Shown here piece after piece: positions 41,663 to 52,466 of a stretch of 64,000 bases of DNA (position 1 is the stretch's first letter; the number at the start of each line of letters is the position of its first letter). Below the pieces are notes generated by a model. The model was given only the letters and a program-made list of their open reading frames with translations. It had not been told where the DNA came from and searched no databases. The DNA is taken from the IMG/VR virus record IMGVR_UViG_3300021399_000108, positions 99,521 to 163,520 of that record; one strand, given 5' to 3'. Position numbers and translations under genes: made by a program. The DNA is from a virus (lineage: Duplodnaviria; Caudoviricetes).

Positions 41663-42122
41663 TATTGTTTTTTCCAGCTAGTTTTCTAAACAAGTTTGCT
41701 GGTCGTTTAAACCGTGATCTGTCATAAATTCCTTCTGCATGTTGCACTTCAAGTGCAATCGCTGCTTCTAGTTTATTTAATTTATCAAGATGATTAGCTT
41801 GTGAAAAATCTTTATCCGCATATAATTGACGAATATTCTACCAACTTGCAATACATCGCTTTACCCACTCATGTTTCATATATAATGCAAGCAATTGAAT
41901 CTAATCATTAGTTAAATCTTCAGTAAATTGGTATACACTATTTTCATCAGTACTTTCCTCAATTTCTAATGAGACACGAGGATATTTAAACCGAAAAATT
42001 GCCATCTTTAAAAGCTACCGCCAATCCCGCTCTACGATTGCCAGTTCTTCTTCTAAAGTCCATTCATCGGCAGTAATTCGAGCTAAGAATGCATCGTACA
42101 CTTGTACGAAAGGAGTAGCCAT
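41652..42122 (-). CDS. Head-tail adaptor-like protein (156 aa, 3 TAG; absent from ORF track)
   Basis: MATPFVQVYDAFLARITAD...DLTND*IQLLALYMKHEW...KDFSQANHL; TAATG coupling. Confidence 0.75.
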
Positions 42123-42574
42123 TATTCTTCTTCGGCCTGATGCTTCATATTAATTGCACTAATAACATCAACGCCGCAATATTTTTTAATTAGAGCGGTA
42201 AAGCCAGTATTTGTAATACCTTTTTCAATCGCTAATTTTACAGCAGTTTCTTTTTCTGCTTCTGCTGCGGTAGGAATAAACTTGGCAAAGCCAGTCACAT
42301 CCATTTTATCAAACATTTTAGCGATTTCCTCAGCAGAGAATATGCGCTCAGAACCTTGAACCTCATTAACTTCTTCTCCCTCATTTACTCCATTTAATTT
42401 AATATAATGGCTATTAAGTAAAGAAGCGAAGCCAGTATCAAAAGAAAGTTCTTCATATTCTTCTTCTGTTAGCGGTACTACACGTCCAGGTGCTAATTCA
42501 CGCCGAAATCTAATATTAGGCGCGGATAATAATACAGTAGCTGTACTAATATTTTTAACTGTTAAATTTTTCAT
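42122..42574 (-). CDS. Hypothetical head-associated protein
   Basis: 150-aa ORF with SD AGGAGG directly after the capsid gene. Confidence 0.7.
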   Translation of the reverse strand: MKNLTVKNISTATVLLSAPNIRFRRELAPGRVVPLTEEEYEELSFDTGFASLLNSHYIKLNGVNEGEEVNEVQGSERIFSAEEIAKMFDKMDVTGFAKFIPTAAEAEKETAVKLAIEKGITNTGFTALIKKYCGVDVISAINMKHQAEEE

Positions 42575-42595
42575 ATAAAATCCTCCTTTTATCTC

Positions 42596-42624
42596 AAAAA
42601 AGAGGGGTGAGGGATACTCACCCC
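42596..42624 (-). terminator. Intrinsic terminator after the major capsid gene
   Basis: GGGGTGAG/CTCACCCC stem followed by TCTTTTT on the minus strand. Confidence 0.8.
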
Positions 42625-42637
42625 ATTAAAACTACTA

Positions 42638-43708
42638 TTAAGCAGTTAAGGTTTGATTATAAGTTTTCCAACCGCTATCTTCATTTAGAGCAGCATTATA
42701 GTAAATGCCCCAATAGTTAGGAGTAGCAACAACAGCAACACCAACTTTAGTATAAGCCTGGACAGTAATGGAGTTATCGCCTTCATGGTCATCCCATTCA
42801 CGGAAATAAGAATTACCTTCAAAGACTAGCTTGATTAGCTTTTCCTTACCAGTAGGAATAACATAAGCGAAAGAAGGATTCATAGCTAGCTTAGTGTTAG
42901 TTTCATCAGTGAAGGATTGAGGCATAACAACAACATTAACGCCCTGGAACTTGCCAATATAGCCACGCTCACGAACATCAATCATATCCTGATCAGAAAT
43001 CTTAGTAGTGTTATTATAAACAATAGCATTAACCATTTCAGCAGCAAATTCAGGAGAGCAATAAATAACAGGAGTGCCATAAGCAGCAACAGTATTGCAA
43101 AGTTTCTTCATTGCAGCAGGGTCAAAATTATTGCCAGCAACCTTATTACGAGCGGGACGACCAGCTAACTTCCAAGTAGAAAGTAGAGCTTCCTGTACCA
43201 TTTCAAAAATACGATCTAGCATACCCTCATTAATTACTTCATAAATATCCTGAATGCTTTCAGCGCCATCTAAATAGCGTTCAAAATCAACACGTCCAGC
43301 ACCACCAATAGCAACAGGATAGACATCAAAACGATCCCTATCAAGACGGAAAGTCTCGTAATTGCCGGATTCGGTGGCACGAGTGACAAATTGCTTGCCG
43401 CGTTGCTTACCACGGGTTACGGTGAAAGCAGGACGAGAGCCCTGAGGAACACGCATAACCTCAGCAAACATATAAACAGCCTGTTCAACACTCTGAGGAA
43501 GAACTTCATCAAGATTTTGAGAAAGAAGTTCAAATAAATCAATCTTATTGCGTTCAAATTTATAACGATTAATGCGACCATTCTCATCGCAAAGAAGTTT
43601 TACTAGCTCATCATGTAGAGCAGCTTCATAATCATAATTTTCGGCGGCGAACTCAGCAGGAACTTTACGACCAAATACGCCGTTCATAAGAACTTGTAAA
43701 TTATTCAT
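42638..43708 (-). CDS. Major capsid protein (no TAG)
   Basis: ~356 aa after scaffold/decoration genes; codon bias of a highly expressed gene; YETFRLD and RGYIGKFQG motifs; followed by a terminator. Confidence 0.8.
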   Translation of the reverse strand: MNNLQVLMNGVFGRKVPAEFAAENYDYEAALHDELVKLLCDENGRINRYKFERNKIDLFELLSQNLDEVLPQSVEQAVYMFAEVMRVPQGSRPAFTVTRGKQRGKQFVTRATESGNYETFRLDRDRFDVYPVAIGGAGRVDFERYLDGAESIQDIYEVINEGMLDRIFEMVQEALLSTWKLAGRPARNKVAGNNFDPAAMKKLCNTVAAYGTPVIYCSPEFAAEMVNAIVYNNTTKISDQDMIDVRERGYIGKFQGVNVVVMPQSFTDETNTKLAMNPSFAYVIPTGKEKLIKLVFEGNSYFREWDDHEGDNSITVQAYTKVGVAVVATPNYWGIYYNAALNEDSGWKTYNQTLTA

Positions 43709-43722
43709 AGTTCGCACCTCCA

Positions 43723-44334
43723 TTAACCTACAGATACAATTTCATACTTAACGCCTTTTTCGCCGTTAGGTACAGTGTAGTATTTAGTAACCTTGCCATA
43801 TGTGCCGGCATTGGGCTTGGTCTTGGTTAGCTGAGGAACAGGAGAACCGGCAACTGCCTTAACATATACTGGTGTAGTAGCATAAGCAGCAAGAGTCGCC
43901 TAAACATTCTCTTCCTCGGTCTTTGCAGTATCGCCACTGCCGCTGGCGCCAAAGCCATCTTCACTATTATCATACTGTAAGCAATTAGTGGTTACAGTAT
44001 CACCTAAGCTAAAAATACCAACACGAGGATAATCACCAGCAACTTTACGGCCAAAAGTCTTTAGACCATAGTGCATAATATCATATTCTTTTTCAGCGGT
44101 ATAAACAATACCAATAGGGGTGTCCGTCGCGGCGGCAGGAGCGTCTAGATAACCCTTAGACTTATCAGCCACGACCCACATACCATTCTCGCATACACCA
44201 TAATTGCCGCTTCCGCCTTCTACAAACTTTGCGCCTAGTGGGGTCTGAGATACGACCATGCCAGTCTGAGGGAAAGCGACTTGATTTAACTCTAGAGAAG
44301 CATATTGCTCTAGAGGAAAGCGTTTCATACTCAT
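43723..44334 (-). CDS. Putative capsid decoration / structural protein (203 aa, 1 TAG)
   Basis: LELNQVAF, CENGM, PRVGIFSLGDTVTTN; frame continues past TAG 43900 to TAA. Confidence 0.7.
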
Positions 44335-44349
44335 AGCTTTATTTCCTCC

Positions 44350-45633
44350 TTAATTTTTACGATATTTTTTCATTAGTAAAGCAAATTGAGATTCTTCATG
44401 AGCTACTAGTGGAATTTTCTTTTCTTCCTCACTATTAGCTAATTGCTGATTAGCAAATACAATTGCTAATTTACTATTTAGCTCGTCATAAGAATAGTTG
44501 CCGGATTCATTACGGAAACGGTTAATTTCCTCCTAATCTTTAATAATTTTTTCATACTTTTTAATTAGTTCTTCTTTCCGGCTATTCTCAACTTCTGTTA
44601 CTTGTGCTTCATAAGAAGTAACAGTAGCTTGGAGCTGTTCATTTTGTGTACGAAGCGTTTCAAGATTAGTATTAGCCTCGTGCTGAAAGATTTCAAGTTC
44701 ACTAATACGATTCTGCGCAGCTTCATACTGATTTTTTAATTCTTCATAAGAAGATTGTAAATCACTTAATTGCTGTTGTAATTTTTCAAACTCAGTAGTC
44801 TATTCAATAGTGACTTCTGGTTCAGATTCAACTACTGGTTCTGTAACTACAGATTCTTCTACAGTTGTTTCTTGTGCATTTTCTGTAGCAAAATTTTCTA
44901 CTTCGGGAGTAGTATTCTCAACAGCTTCTTGATTTTCTTCAGGTACGATATCCTTATTTTCAAACTCGTCCATTGGTTGTTCTCCTCCCTTTTTTTCTTT
45001 TTCTGCCTCTTCAACTTGTGCTTTAGCCATTGCTAAAAGTGAAGAGAACTTTTCATATTGTGTATTGTATGTTTCATCGTTCTTAGAGAAGAATGAAGAA
45101 ACGGAAAAGCATGGTTCGTGTGAACCAATTACGCATAAACCTTGAATTGCGGCGGTAGTGTATACATAATATTCAATACCATTAATATCCGCCCAATCAC
45201 CAGTAATAGAATTAATATCTAGTTCCATTGACTGGTTTTGTCCCACAATTAAATTTGCTTCTTCAAAATACTTAGTAAATAATACTACATTAAAAACAGC
45301 ATAATCTCTAGTTTCACCATCTGTATCAGTTAATGGCTACCAGCCTTCAAAACTTTCAACATATCCATAGGCACTAGCTAAAGTTGGACCAGTATGACTT
45401 GCCCAACTTTTGCTTTCTGGATCAAAAAAGCCAATAACAGGAGTATCTCCCTTTATGGCACTATTGATTAGCTGCTCCGCAACTTCATCAGTAATATATG
45501 ACCCATTACGATTACCATATTTAGTAAATACGCCTACTCGTAATCTGCCAAGATTAGGATTCGTTTCAGAAACTTGCTGCATAGGAGAAGCAATAATAAC
45601 ATTATCAAAATATACTGGAATATTATTACGCAT
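44350..45633 (-). CDS. Prohead protease-scaffold fusion (427 aa, 3 TAG)
   Basis: GNRNGS, QSMEL, GLCVIG..EPCF protease motifs, then acidic linker and coiled coil; between portal and capsid. Confidence 0.8.
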
Positions 45634-45647
45634 TGTTATCTTTCTCC

Positions 45648-47198
45648 TCAACCCATTGACTAAATATTAGCCTGAGTTTTTTCTGATTTTTGTTCATCAG
45701 GAAGTTCTGGACGCCCTCCTGTATTTGTTATGTCTCGTACCTATTGACGAGATATTGTATTTTGCGCTGATTTTCCAGAATTATTTTCTTCATTTGCAAT
45801 TGTATTACCGGAAGTAGTATAAGAAGATTGTAATGGTATCATCTTTGTAGACATCTTTAAGAAATCATTTTCAAAGTTCATTAAGCTTAGTTGATCCATT
45901 TGTTTAATGCCCATTGCTACGCCAGCAAACATCTTAGAATATCCGTATTGCGCGCCACGGAAATAATTCTGTTGTAACTCTGAACGATTAAAAACAGTTA
46001 AGGGCAAAATTTCAAAATCAAATGTTAAGCCTTTACGCGAAAACTTATCATTGATTAAAAACTTAATCCAACTCTAATAAATATTAAGATATGCTAACAT
46101 TAATGTTTCATCTTTTTTAATACTATAAGCCAGAGAAGAACTATTTGTCGCGCTAAACAAAATCTCTCCTCTACCTAATGCATCCCATGCATTCTTCTTA
46201 TATTTTTCAATACGATCAGCTGATTGACTCGCCGCAGAACTTTCTTGCAGACTTTCTAAATCAGTATCACCAAAAGTAGTTAATACATCAACAGTATCAG
46301 TATCTTTTAGCATCTATGCGACTGATGCATGAATATCAGCGACTTCATCTAATTGAAAAACTAATTCACCATTACTTCCAATTGGCATTTTTTGAATTAA
46401 TAATTTATATAATTCATTTTCATCGCGCTTTTCTTCGCGCCCTACTGCATTTTCTAATTTCTTTAGCTAAGGAATACTAGCTACTAATAATGGAGTTTGA
46501 TCGTGCGCGAAACAAAAACATACACCGCCAAATTCAGGAGTAATAGCAACCCATTCATCACTTGTTTTTCCACCAGTTTTCCGCCAAGCTTTTTGTACAA
46601 TAGATGGAAAAGTACGAATAACTTCTTCACGTTGCTTATCATCACGTATAGTTAAAAAATACGCTAGATTAAACTCTAAAATGTTTAAATTATTAAAGTC
46701 TTTGAAACGTGTGCGGCAATATTCAATCGGTAAATCTTGTAATACAACTTTGTTGTCAATAGTCCTTAAAATACCATAATAAATACCAGTAATTAACCAC
46801 TATGTGGTCACATGTGCTAGTGTATTTGGTAAATCAAGTTTATCTATAAAATCACACGCGGAATAGAATGCTTTTAAGATTTGTGCTTCTGAACCCTTAC
46901 CTTCTTGGAATACTGGTACTACCACGCTATCGTATAATGGTAAATGCGCGAGAAAATCAATATTGTTTCTATAATTACCATTAACACGATAATAATAACG
47001 TGATAATTCGCGTAGAGATGCTAAATCACCTGAACGAATGATGCGTAAGATTTCATCGAGTGTAAAATCCTATGCAACAGGATCATTAGTATATCCATAT
47101 CTACCATAATAGGAGCGACGGCCATTTATAGGGGTGCGACTACGCTCAAGCTATAAACGGAATTGCTTAAAATCTCGTTTTATATTTTCTTTTCCCAA
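45648..47198 (-). CDS. Portal protein (516 aa, TAG read-through)
   Basis: Follows terminase; LRELSRYYYRVNG.Y, LPIEYCR, KMIPLQSSYT and GGRP C-terminus; fragments in frame. Confidence 0.8.
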
Positions 47199-47203
47199 AA
47201 TTA

Positions 47204-48985
47204 TCACCCCCTCTTTTTCTTAGGACTAAAAAATATATACTAACTAAAATTTTTCTTTTTCTTACGGTAAGTTTCTTTATCCTCATAATATTTAACTCGA
47301 TATAATAAATACTATAAAGCACTAAATCTATCTTTTTCAATTGAGCGAGAAATTCTATCTATTTTAAATTGGTTTTTCTATCCGGTGGGTTTTAATTTTA
47401 AATTATTTAATTCATCAATTAAACGTGATGTCATTTCATAAGGTAATAAAAATACACGTCGATCATACAGGGTCATTTTTTGACCTTTTTTAGTTGTTAA
47501 TAATTTATCTTTAACAATACGTTCATGTGCTAGTAAAGATACAGCACCACTATTAATTTGTGAAAAGAAATTAGAATGTATAATATCATCATTACCTATT
47601 CCAGCTTTAATATCATAGATAATTGCATTATATTCTGATCTAGGCTCATCACTAGGATTATTCATTTCTGGCGGCAAATGATGATCATTATTAAATACAT
47701 AATATGCTGGGAATGTCTCACCTGTTTTCAAATCTATGGAAGGTAAAACCATAGCGTCAAGTAGGCCAATTCCAGGTCCATTTCCATCTATGACTATTTC
47801 CCGAGGATGATATAACTATACTAATTTTTTAATTCGCGGTGCTTGCTAAGTAATATAATTGGCGCCATGAATAACTTCCGTATAAATAATGTGCTTTTTA
47901 AAACCATTATTTATAGGCAAAATTTTCCCTACCATGACAGCAGTATTTGCTGAATAGCGGGCAACATCAACACCTATCATATAAAACGTGTTAGGGTTAA
48001 CAGGATTCTATTGCGCTTTTCGCTCACATTTTAATAAATTTCTTCGTTTATTTAAAATTTTTGAATCAAGCCATGCCTACTTATTGTTCCCAGTCCAAAT
48101 ACTGAGGTTTTCTCTGGAAAAGGAATCATCACTTACAGTAGAAGAATAGCGCTGATCTAATAATGTAGATTTATCAAGAAGTCCATAGTGTAACGGTACT
48201 TCGTAACTCATGCCCCAAGAAAAATACTACTTTGGCCGCAAAACCGCATTAACAGTTATCTCAATTAATCTACTATACATATACACGGTACGTTCACGTG
48301 CAGTTGTAATAAATGTTTGTGGAGAACTAGGTTCATCAAGATTAATAGTCCCATCTACTTCTCTCCGCTTTACGTTCATTTGCGGCAATAATACCTCTGT
48401 ATATGGTTCTTCTTCGATTGTCGCTGCTTCTTCTAATATAGCCGCGGTTGCACGTAGACCACGAGATGTATCCTTAGAAACAACAGTGATTATGCTGCCA
48501 TTCTTGAAATATAGTTCGTAATAATTATTACTGGACTTAATACCAGTTTTTCCATCATCTGCCCTAGTCGATAATTCTTTTCGTAGCAAAGGCCAATGTC
48601 GAAAAATTTCTTCAAATTTAGCTTCTGCAATTTTAATAACTGTGCCTTTAACATCAGAAGCAATCATGATATTAGAGCCTGGTAATAATACGGCCCGACA
48701 TACTGAACTTAAATATGCGGTAAATGATTTAGATGTTGCACGGGTTGACGTCCAGAAATGATAGCGATAGCGCATACTCGCGCGCAAAGCAATTCGTTGA
48801 TAAGGTAAGAGGTGGAAATGTTTTGCATCCTAGGAGTCTTGAATTGTATCTAAAAAGGCATCAGGATATAATATCCAAAAATTTAGATATTTAGTAAATA
48901 ACTATTGATTATGGTCCAAAAACTATCTAGTTAATACGATGCCTTTCTATATCGGAATTCCGTTTTTTAATACTGCCTCATTCAT
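47204..48985 (-). CDS. terL: Terminase large subunit (593 aa, TAG read-through)
   Basis: RATSKSF Walker A variant, RGLRATAAILEE Walker B, IGVDVAR, IDGNGPGIG, KDRFSA nuclease motifs. Confidence 0.9.
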
Positions 48986-49916
48986 CTAATTCCTCCTCTA
49001 ATTCATCTCCCCCTTCATATTCAATATTATCGTTACCGTCATCTTCTAGTGCTTCATTTTCAATTTCTTCTAAACGCTACGTCATATTATAACGAGCTTT
49101 TTTATCTTCAACCTGTTCGGCAAAATTACCCTCATTGCGCACTAGCCGCTGTAAATAATTTTGAATATTTTCCATCATAAAATCAATTGAATCTTGTGGT
49201 TCAGTATGCCAATTAGGATGCCAACCTTTTTTGCCATAATAAACCATAAGCTAACCCACAGACTAAAAGTCTGCCGCGGATTTCGCATTAGAAGCTTCAA
49301 ATTTAGCAATCTTAATAATATTATCGCGCGCGTCCATATCTTTTTTTACATCCATATTTTCGCGCAGACCTTTTTTAATACGTAATTCAATTTCGCAAAG
49401 ATCGCGCGCGTAATTTTGGAGAATGGGAGTTGATACGTTTTGAGTCGCAACAATTTGATTATAATAATTGTCTAACCATAATAACTATTCTTTTTTATAA
49501 GAGGGCGACCAATCTTTTTTTAATTGCTTTAATTTGGCCGCGCCTAATGCTTCAATTTCTTCATCAATTGTTTGTTCTTTTTGGGCAAGATGCCAGCGTT
49601 CGTTCTCATCTGCCCATTGCAAGGCTTGATAATGGTCATCCAATAATAAATTACAATAGGCGGTTAAGGTATGATCTTTATGCGTCTAATACAAAGACGT
49701 CCACTTATTTAAATCAAATGGTATATCTAAATAGCGGCATAATCTATCTACTTCTCCTAAACTATCTTGTGCAACCATTGTTTCTAAACAATTAATACAA
49801 ATTAAAGAATGATGTTGAGGGAAAAATTTGCTAGGAGTTCGCACAAAATCACTTAGTGGTTTTATTTGTTTGCATTTCAGGCATTTCCTTGATGTTGTCT
49901 TTTCTTCTTCTATCAT
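48978..49916 (-). CDS. Zinc-finger protein, candidate terminase small subunit (312 aa, TAG read-through)
   Basis: CLKC...CINC, LCRYLDIPF; SD AGGAGG; immediately upstream of and overlapping terL. Confidence 0.6.
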
Positions 49917-51183
49917 ATAATGTTTGTCCTCCTTTTGCAATTCGTCTTAATCTTTCACATTCTTTACAATTAGAAGCCCATCCGTCTTTTCGTCCCGCAT
50001 TGCGCCCAAAGAATAAGGGATCACGGGGTAACATTTTGCCGCAACGGAAACACTTCTTTAATTTTGAGTCGGGAGTCTATACCAGAATGCGGGCTTTTTT
50101 CGCTGCGGTCGCGATTGCTTTTGGAAGAGTACGCGCCATGATAGAACTTAAATGATTTTCATTATATACTAATCCAAACCTAATTTCTAATTCTTTTAAT
50201 ATATCACTATAAGGTACATGTTGAATTTTTCGCGTTAATAGAAAGTCTTGTACAGGATTCAGATTAGCGAGCGCGCGATAACGTTCAAAGTCAAAAATAA
50301 AAGTACGCCCGTATGTCTAAATTCTTGTTCTAAAAGTATCATATAATAAATCATAATTATTAATTAAAGCCGCAACATGATGATAGTCTTCCCAATCAAA
50401 TGTGTGCTGGCGCACCACCCATTTTACGAATGTCCCCTGCTTCGTCACTTTTGACTCATAGTCATCTATATTTTTAGAAATAGTATGTAATAGCGCATTA
50501 TCCACTCGCTTTTGCCATTGTTCTAGCGGCATCCAATAAGCGCAATCTTGTGACCAATCAACAAATTGCGCATGAGGATGCTGCATGAACATAAAATGTA
50601 GAGTAGGCTTATAGGCATCTTTCAAATAATATTGGTGCCGCCGCAGATCAATTAACCAATGCTTTAATTGGTATAGGCGATAATCACTAGCTAATTCTGG
50701 GGTATCTTCGGTAGGCGCAATTTCACCCTTATAGGCCGCAATAATTTTTTCTAAATTATCAATAGAGTCCCAAAGTTCTACCATACCGGGTATATCACTA
50801 TCGCCCGCGTCAATTAGCTCGCCCGTCTTTTTATTATAGCGGGGCCGCACAATAGTGGGTTTAGGGACGGTGTAGGTGCGCCTCTCCGTCATATGTTTTA
50901 GCGCCAATTGATCCGCGCCCGGGTTTTCTAAAATTTCATCAAGCGACGCATTTTTGTCTTCTTTTTTGCGGTAGCTTTGGTATCGCGTATTATTTGTCAT
51001 TATTTCGCCACGTTTTGCGGCGTTTAAACCTTCTTCATCTTTGCCGTAAAGTATGTATGAACCCATTTGCTATAATTCAGCAGGTGCGGGATCATACTAT
51101 AATTTGTCTAATATATCTGTAACAGCGGCGACTCGGTCTACGTCGCGCTATATTGAATAATCTAAGGAATAATTTTTTTTCAT
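49849..51183 (-). CDS. First gene of the morphogenesis operon; putative DNA-binding protein with C-terminal zinc finger (444 aa, 4 TAG)
   Basis: SYILYGKD; fragments 50317-51066 and 49849-50034 in frame; CFRC...KDGWASNCKEC. Confidence 0.7.
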
Positions 51184-51225
51184 TACTTTGTTACCACCTC
51201 GAGGTTATAGAATCCCTTCAGATAT

Positions 51226-51254
51226 ATGGTAACATATTTTTTAATTTTTGTCAA
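51226..51254 (-). promoter_or_regulatory. sigmaA-type promoter of the morphogenesis operon
   Basis: TTGACA-17 bp-TACCAT with extended -10 TG; SD GAGGTG before ATG 51183. Confidence 0.75.
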
Positions 51255-51414
51255 GTATTTGAGTGTAGGAAAATTGAGGTTTTTAAAATTAGGTTTAATT
51301 TTAAAAAAATTGGTGGGAGATGTAGACAGGGGTGCGGTTTGAGTTAGACACAACTAACTTTTTCCTCATACTATCCGCCCAACTATCATTTTATGAGGGA
51401 ATACAACAAACAAT

Positions 51415-51440
51415 AAAAAAGCAGGGCCTTGCCCTGCTTT
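51415..51440 (-). terminator. Intrinsic terminator
   Basis: AAAGCAGGGC-AAG-GCCCTGCTTTTTT on the minus strand after gene 51457. Confidence 0.85.
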
Positions 51441-51456
51441 CCTGTTTTATTATGGT

Positions 51457-52233
51457 TTACAATGTTTCATAAACCCCATTTTCAATATTCTCTAAAAAAT
51501 TGAAATACATTCCGGGAGTAAATTGTAATTGCACATTGCCACTTTTTATAGTGAGCGCTTTTATCTCTTTTCCGTTTTTCCCCAAATGGTTTATATCATA
51601 CTGAAATTGATATTTATTTGTCCAAATTGCGGTTCTTTTTTTAATTTCAGTGATTGCCTGTTGTATGTTTCCTTCCATACAGAGGGAATAAATAAGATTT
51701 TTGTCAATGTCTGAAAACATGCCATAAATAACCGTTGAATAGTTACCTTCCATATAATCAAAGCAGGTTCCTTCTGTGAATGTTTTGCCATTGTGACCTA
51801 TTTCAATGACGCCATATTTTTTTGAAATAACATCGCTTTTTCCGAATTGCGCAACGGAAAGAGCGGTTGAGCGAACGAGATTTAAGTTTCCAATGATAAT
51901 AATTCGAACAAGCAATTCGAACAAATCGCCAAACGCGCCAAAATCCTTGCTATTGACGGCCATTTCCTGTTTGTGTGTAGCATAAAATTTAATATAATCG
52001 GATAAAGAAAGCACATTTTCAGAATACAGTTTTTTCATACATTCTGAAATAAGAAAAGCAAGAAAAGAATTAATATCATTTGCGGAAAAAACAGAGGGAA
52101 ACTTTTCTGTCAATTCTACCACTTTTTCCATTGCTACCATGTTTACGTTTTCCGGCGTGAAAGCCATTTCTTCTATTGCCTTTTTTAACGTCCTTGCCTG
52201 CAAGGTATTAATAGAATAGTTATGCCGTGCCAT
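51457..52233 (-). CDS. Hypothetical 258-aa protein, possible degenerate PD-(D/E)XK fold
   Basis: SD GAGGT, ATG 52233, own promoter and terminator, no TAG; GDLFE...SD...IEIG pattern. Confidence 0.7.
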   Translation of the reverse strand: MARHNYSINTLQARTLKKAIEEMAFTPENVNMVAMEKVVELTEKFPSVFSANDINSFLAFLISECMKKLYSENVLSLSDYIKFYATHKQEMAVNSKDFGAFGDLFELLVRIIIIGNLNLVRSTALSVAQFGKSDVISKKYGVIEIGHNGKTFTEGTCFDYMEGNYSTVIYGMFSDIDKNLIYSLCMEGNIQQAITEIKKRTAIWTNKYQFQYDINHLGKNGKEIKALTIKSGNVQLQFTPGMYFNFLENIENGVYETL

Positions 52234-52288
52234 TGTTTTGCTACCTCTTTTCATAAGATACAAGACTTTTTTGTCTTGTTCGTGTCCT

Positions 52289-52317
52289 ATTTTACACGAA
52301 AAAATCAACTTTTGCAA
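52289..52317 (-). promoter_or_regulatory. sigmaA promoter for gene 51457-52233
   Basis: TTGCAA-17 bp-TAAAAT. Confidence 0.65.
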
Positions 52318-52351
52318 GCCCTTTTTAAATTGTTCATAAAAAATTCATATT

Positions 52352-52378
52352 TTAGCACTCTATCAAAAAGAGTGCTAA
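52352..52378. promoter_or_regulatory. CIRCE element (HrcA operator) 1
   Basis: TTAGCACTC-tatcaaaaa-GAGTGCTAA, exact consensus. Confidence 0.92.
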
Positions 52379-52385
52379 AATACAA

Positions 52386-52418
52386 AGTCAAAAATAGTCA
52401 AAGTCAAAAATAGTCAAT
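52386..52418 (+). promoter_or_regulatory. Two tandem CtsR boxes
   Basis: AGTCAAA-AAT-AGTCAAA (52386-52402) and AGTCAAA-AAT-AGTCAAT (52402-52418); consensus RGTCAAA-NAN-RGTCAAA. Confidence 0.8.
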
Positions 52419-52419
52419 T

Positions 52420-52446
52420 TTAGCACTCACTTGAAAAGAGTGCTAA
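52420..52446. promoter_or_regulatory. CIRCE element (HrcA operator) 2
   Basis: TTAGCACTC-acttgaaaa-GAGTGCTAA, exact consensus with a different spacer. Confidence 0.92.
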
Positions 52447-52466
52447 CATTTGCGCGAACGTTCATA

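Noticed and set aside
10668-50155. Plus-strand ORFs inside the structural region (e.g. 11937-12512, 23816-24187, 48210-48521)
   Set aside because: Antisense shadows of the long minus-strand genes, without SD or recognisable motifs.
8297-51183. Structural region as a decayed prophage or error-ridden assembly
   Set aside because: The interruptions examined are all in-frame TAG, with no frameshift, TAA or TGA, and the fused genes abut with SD sites.
52455-52463. CGAACGTTC as a Firmicute LexA box
   Set aside because: Lacks the 4-bp spacer of GAAC-N4-GTTC.
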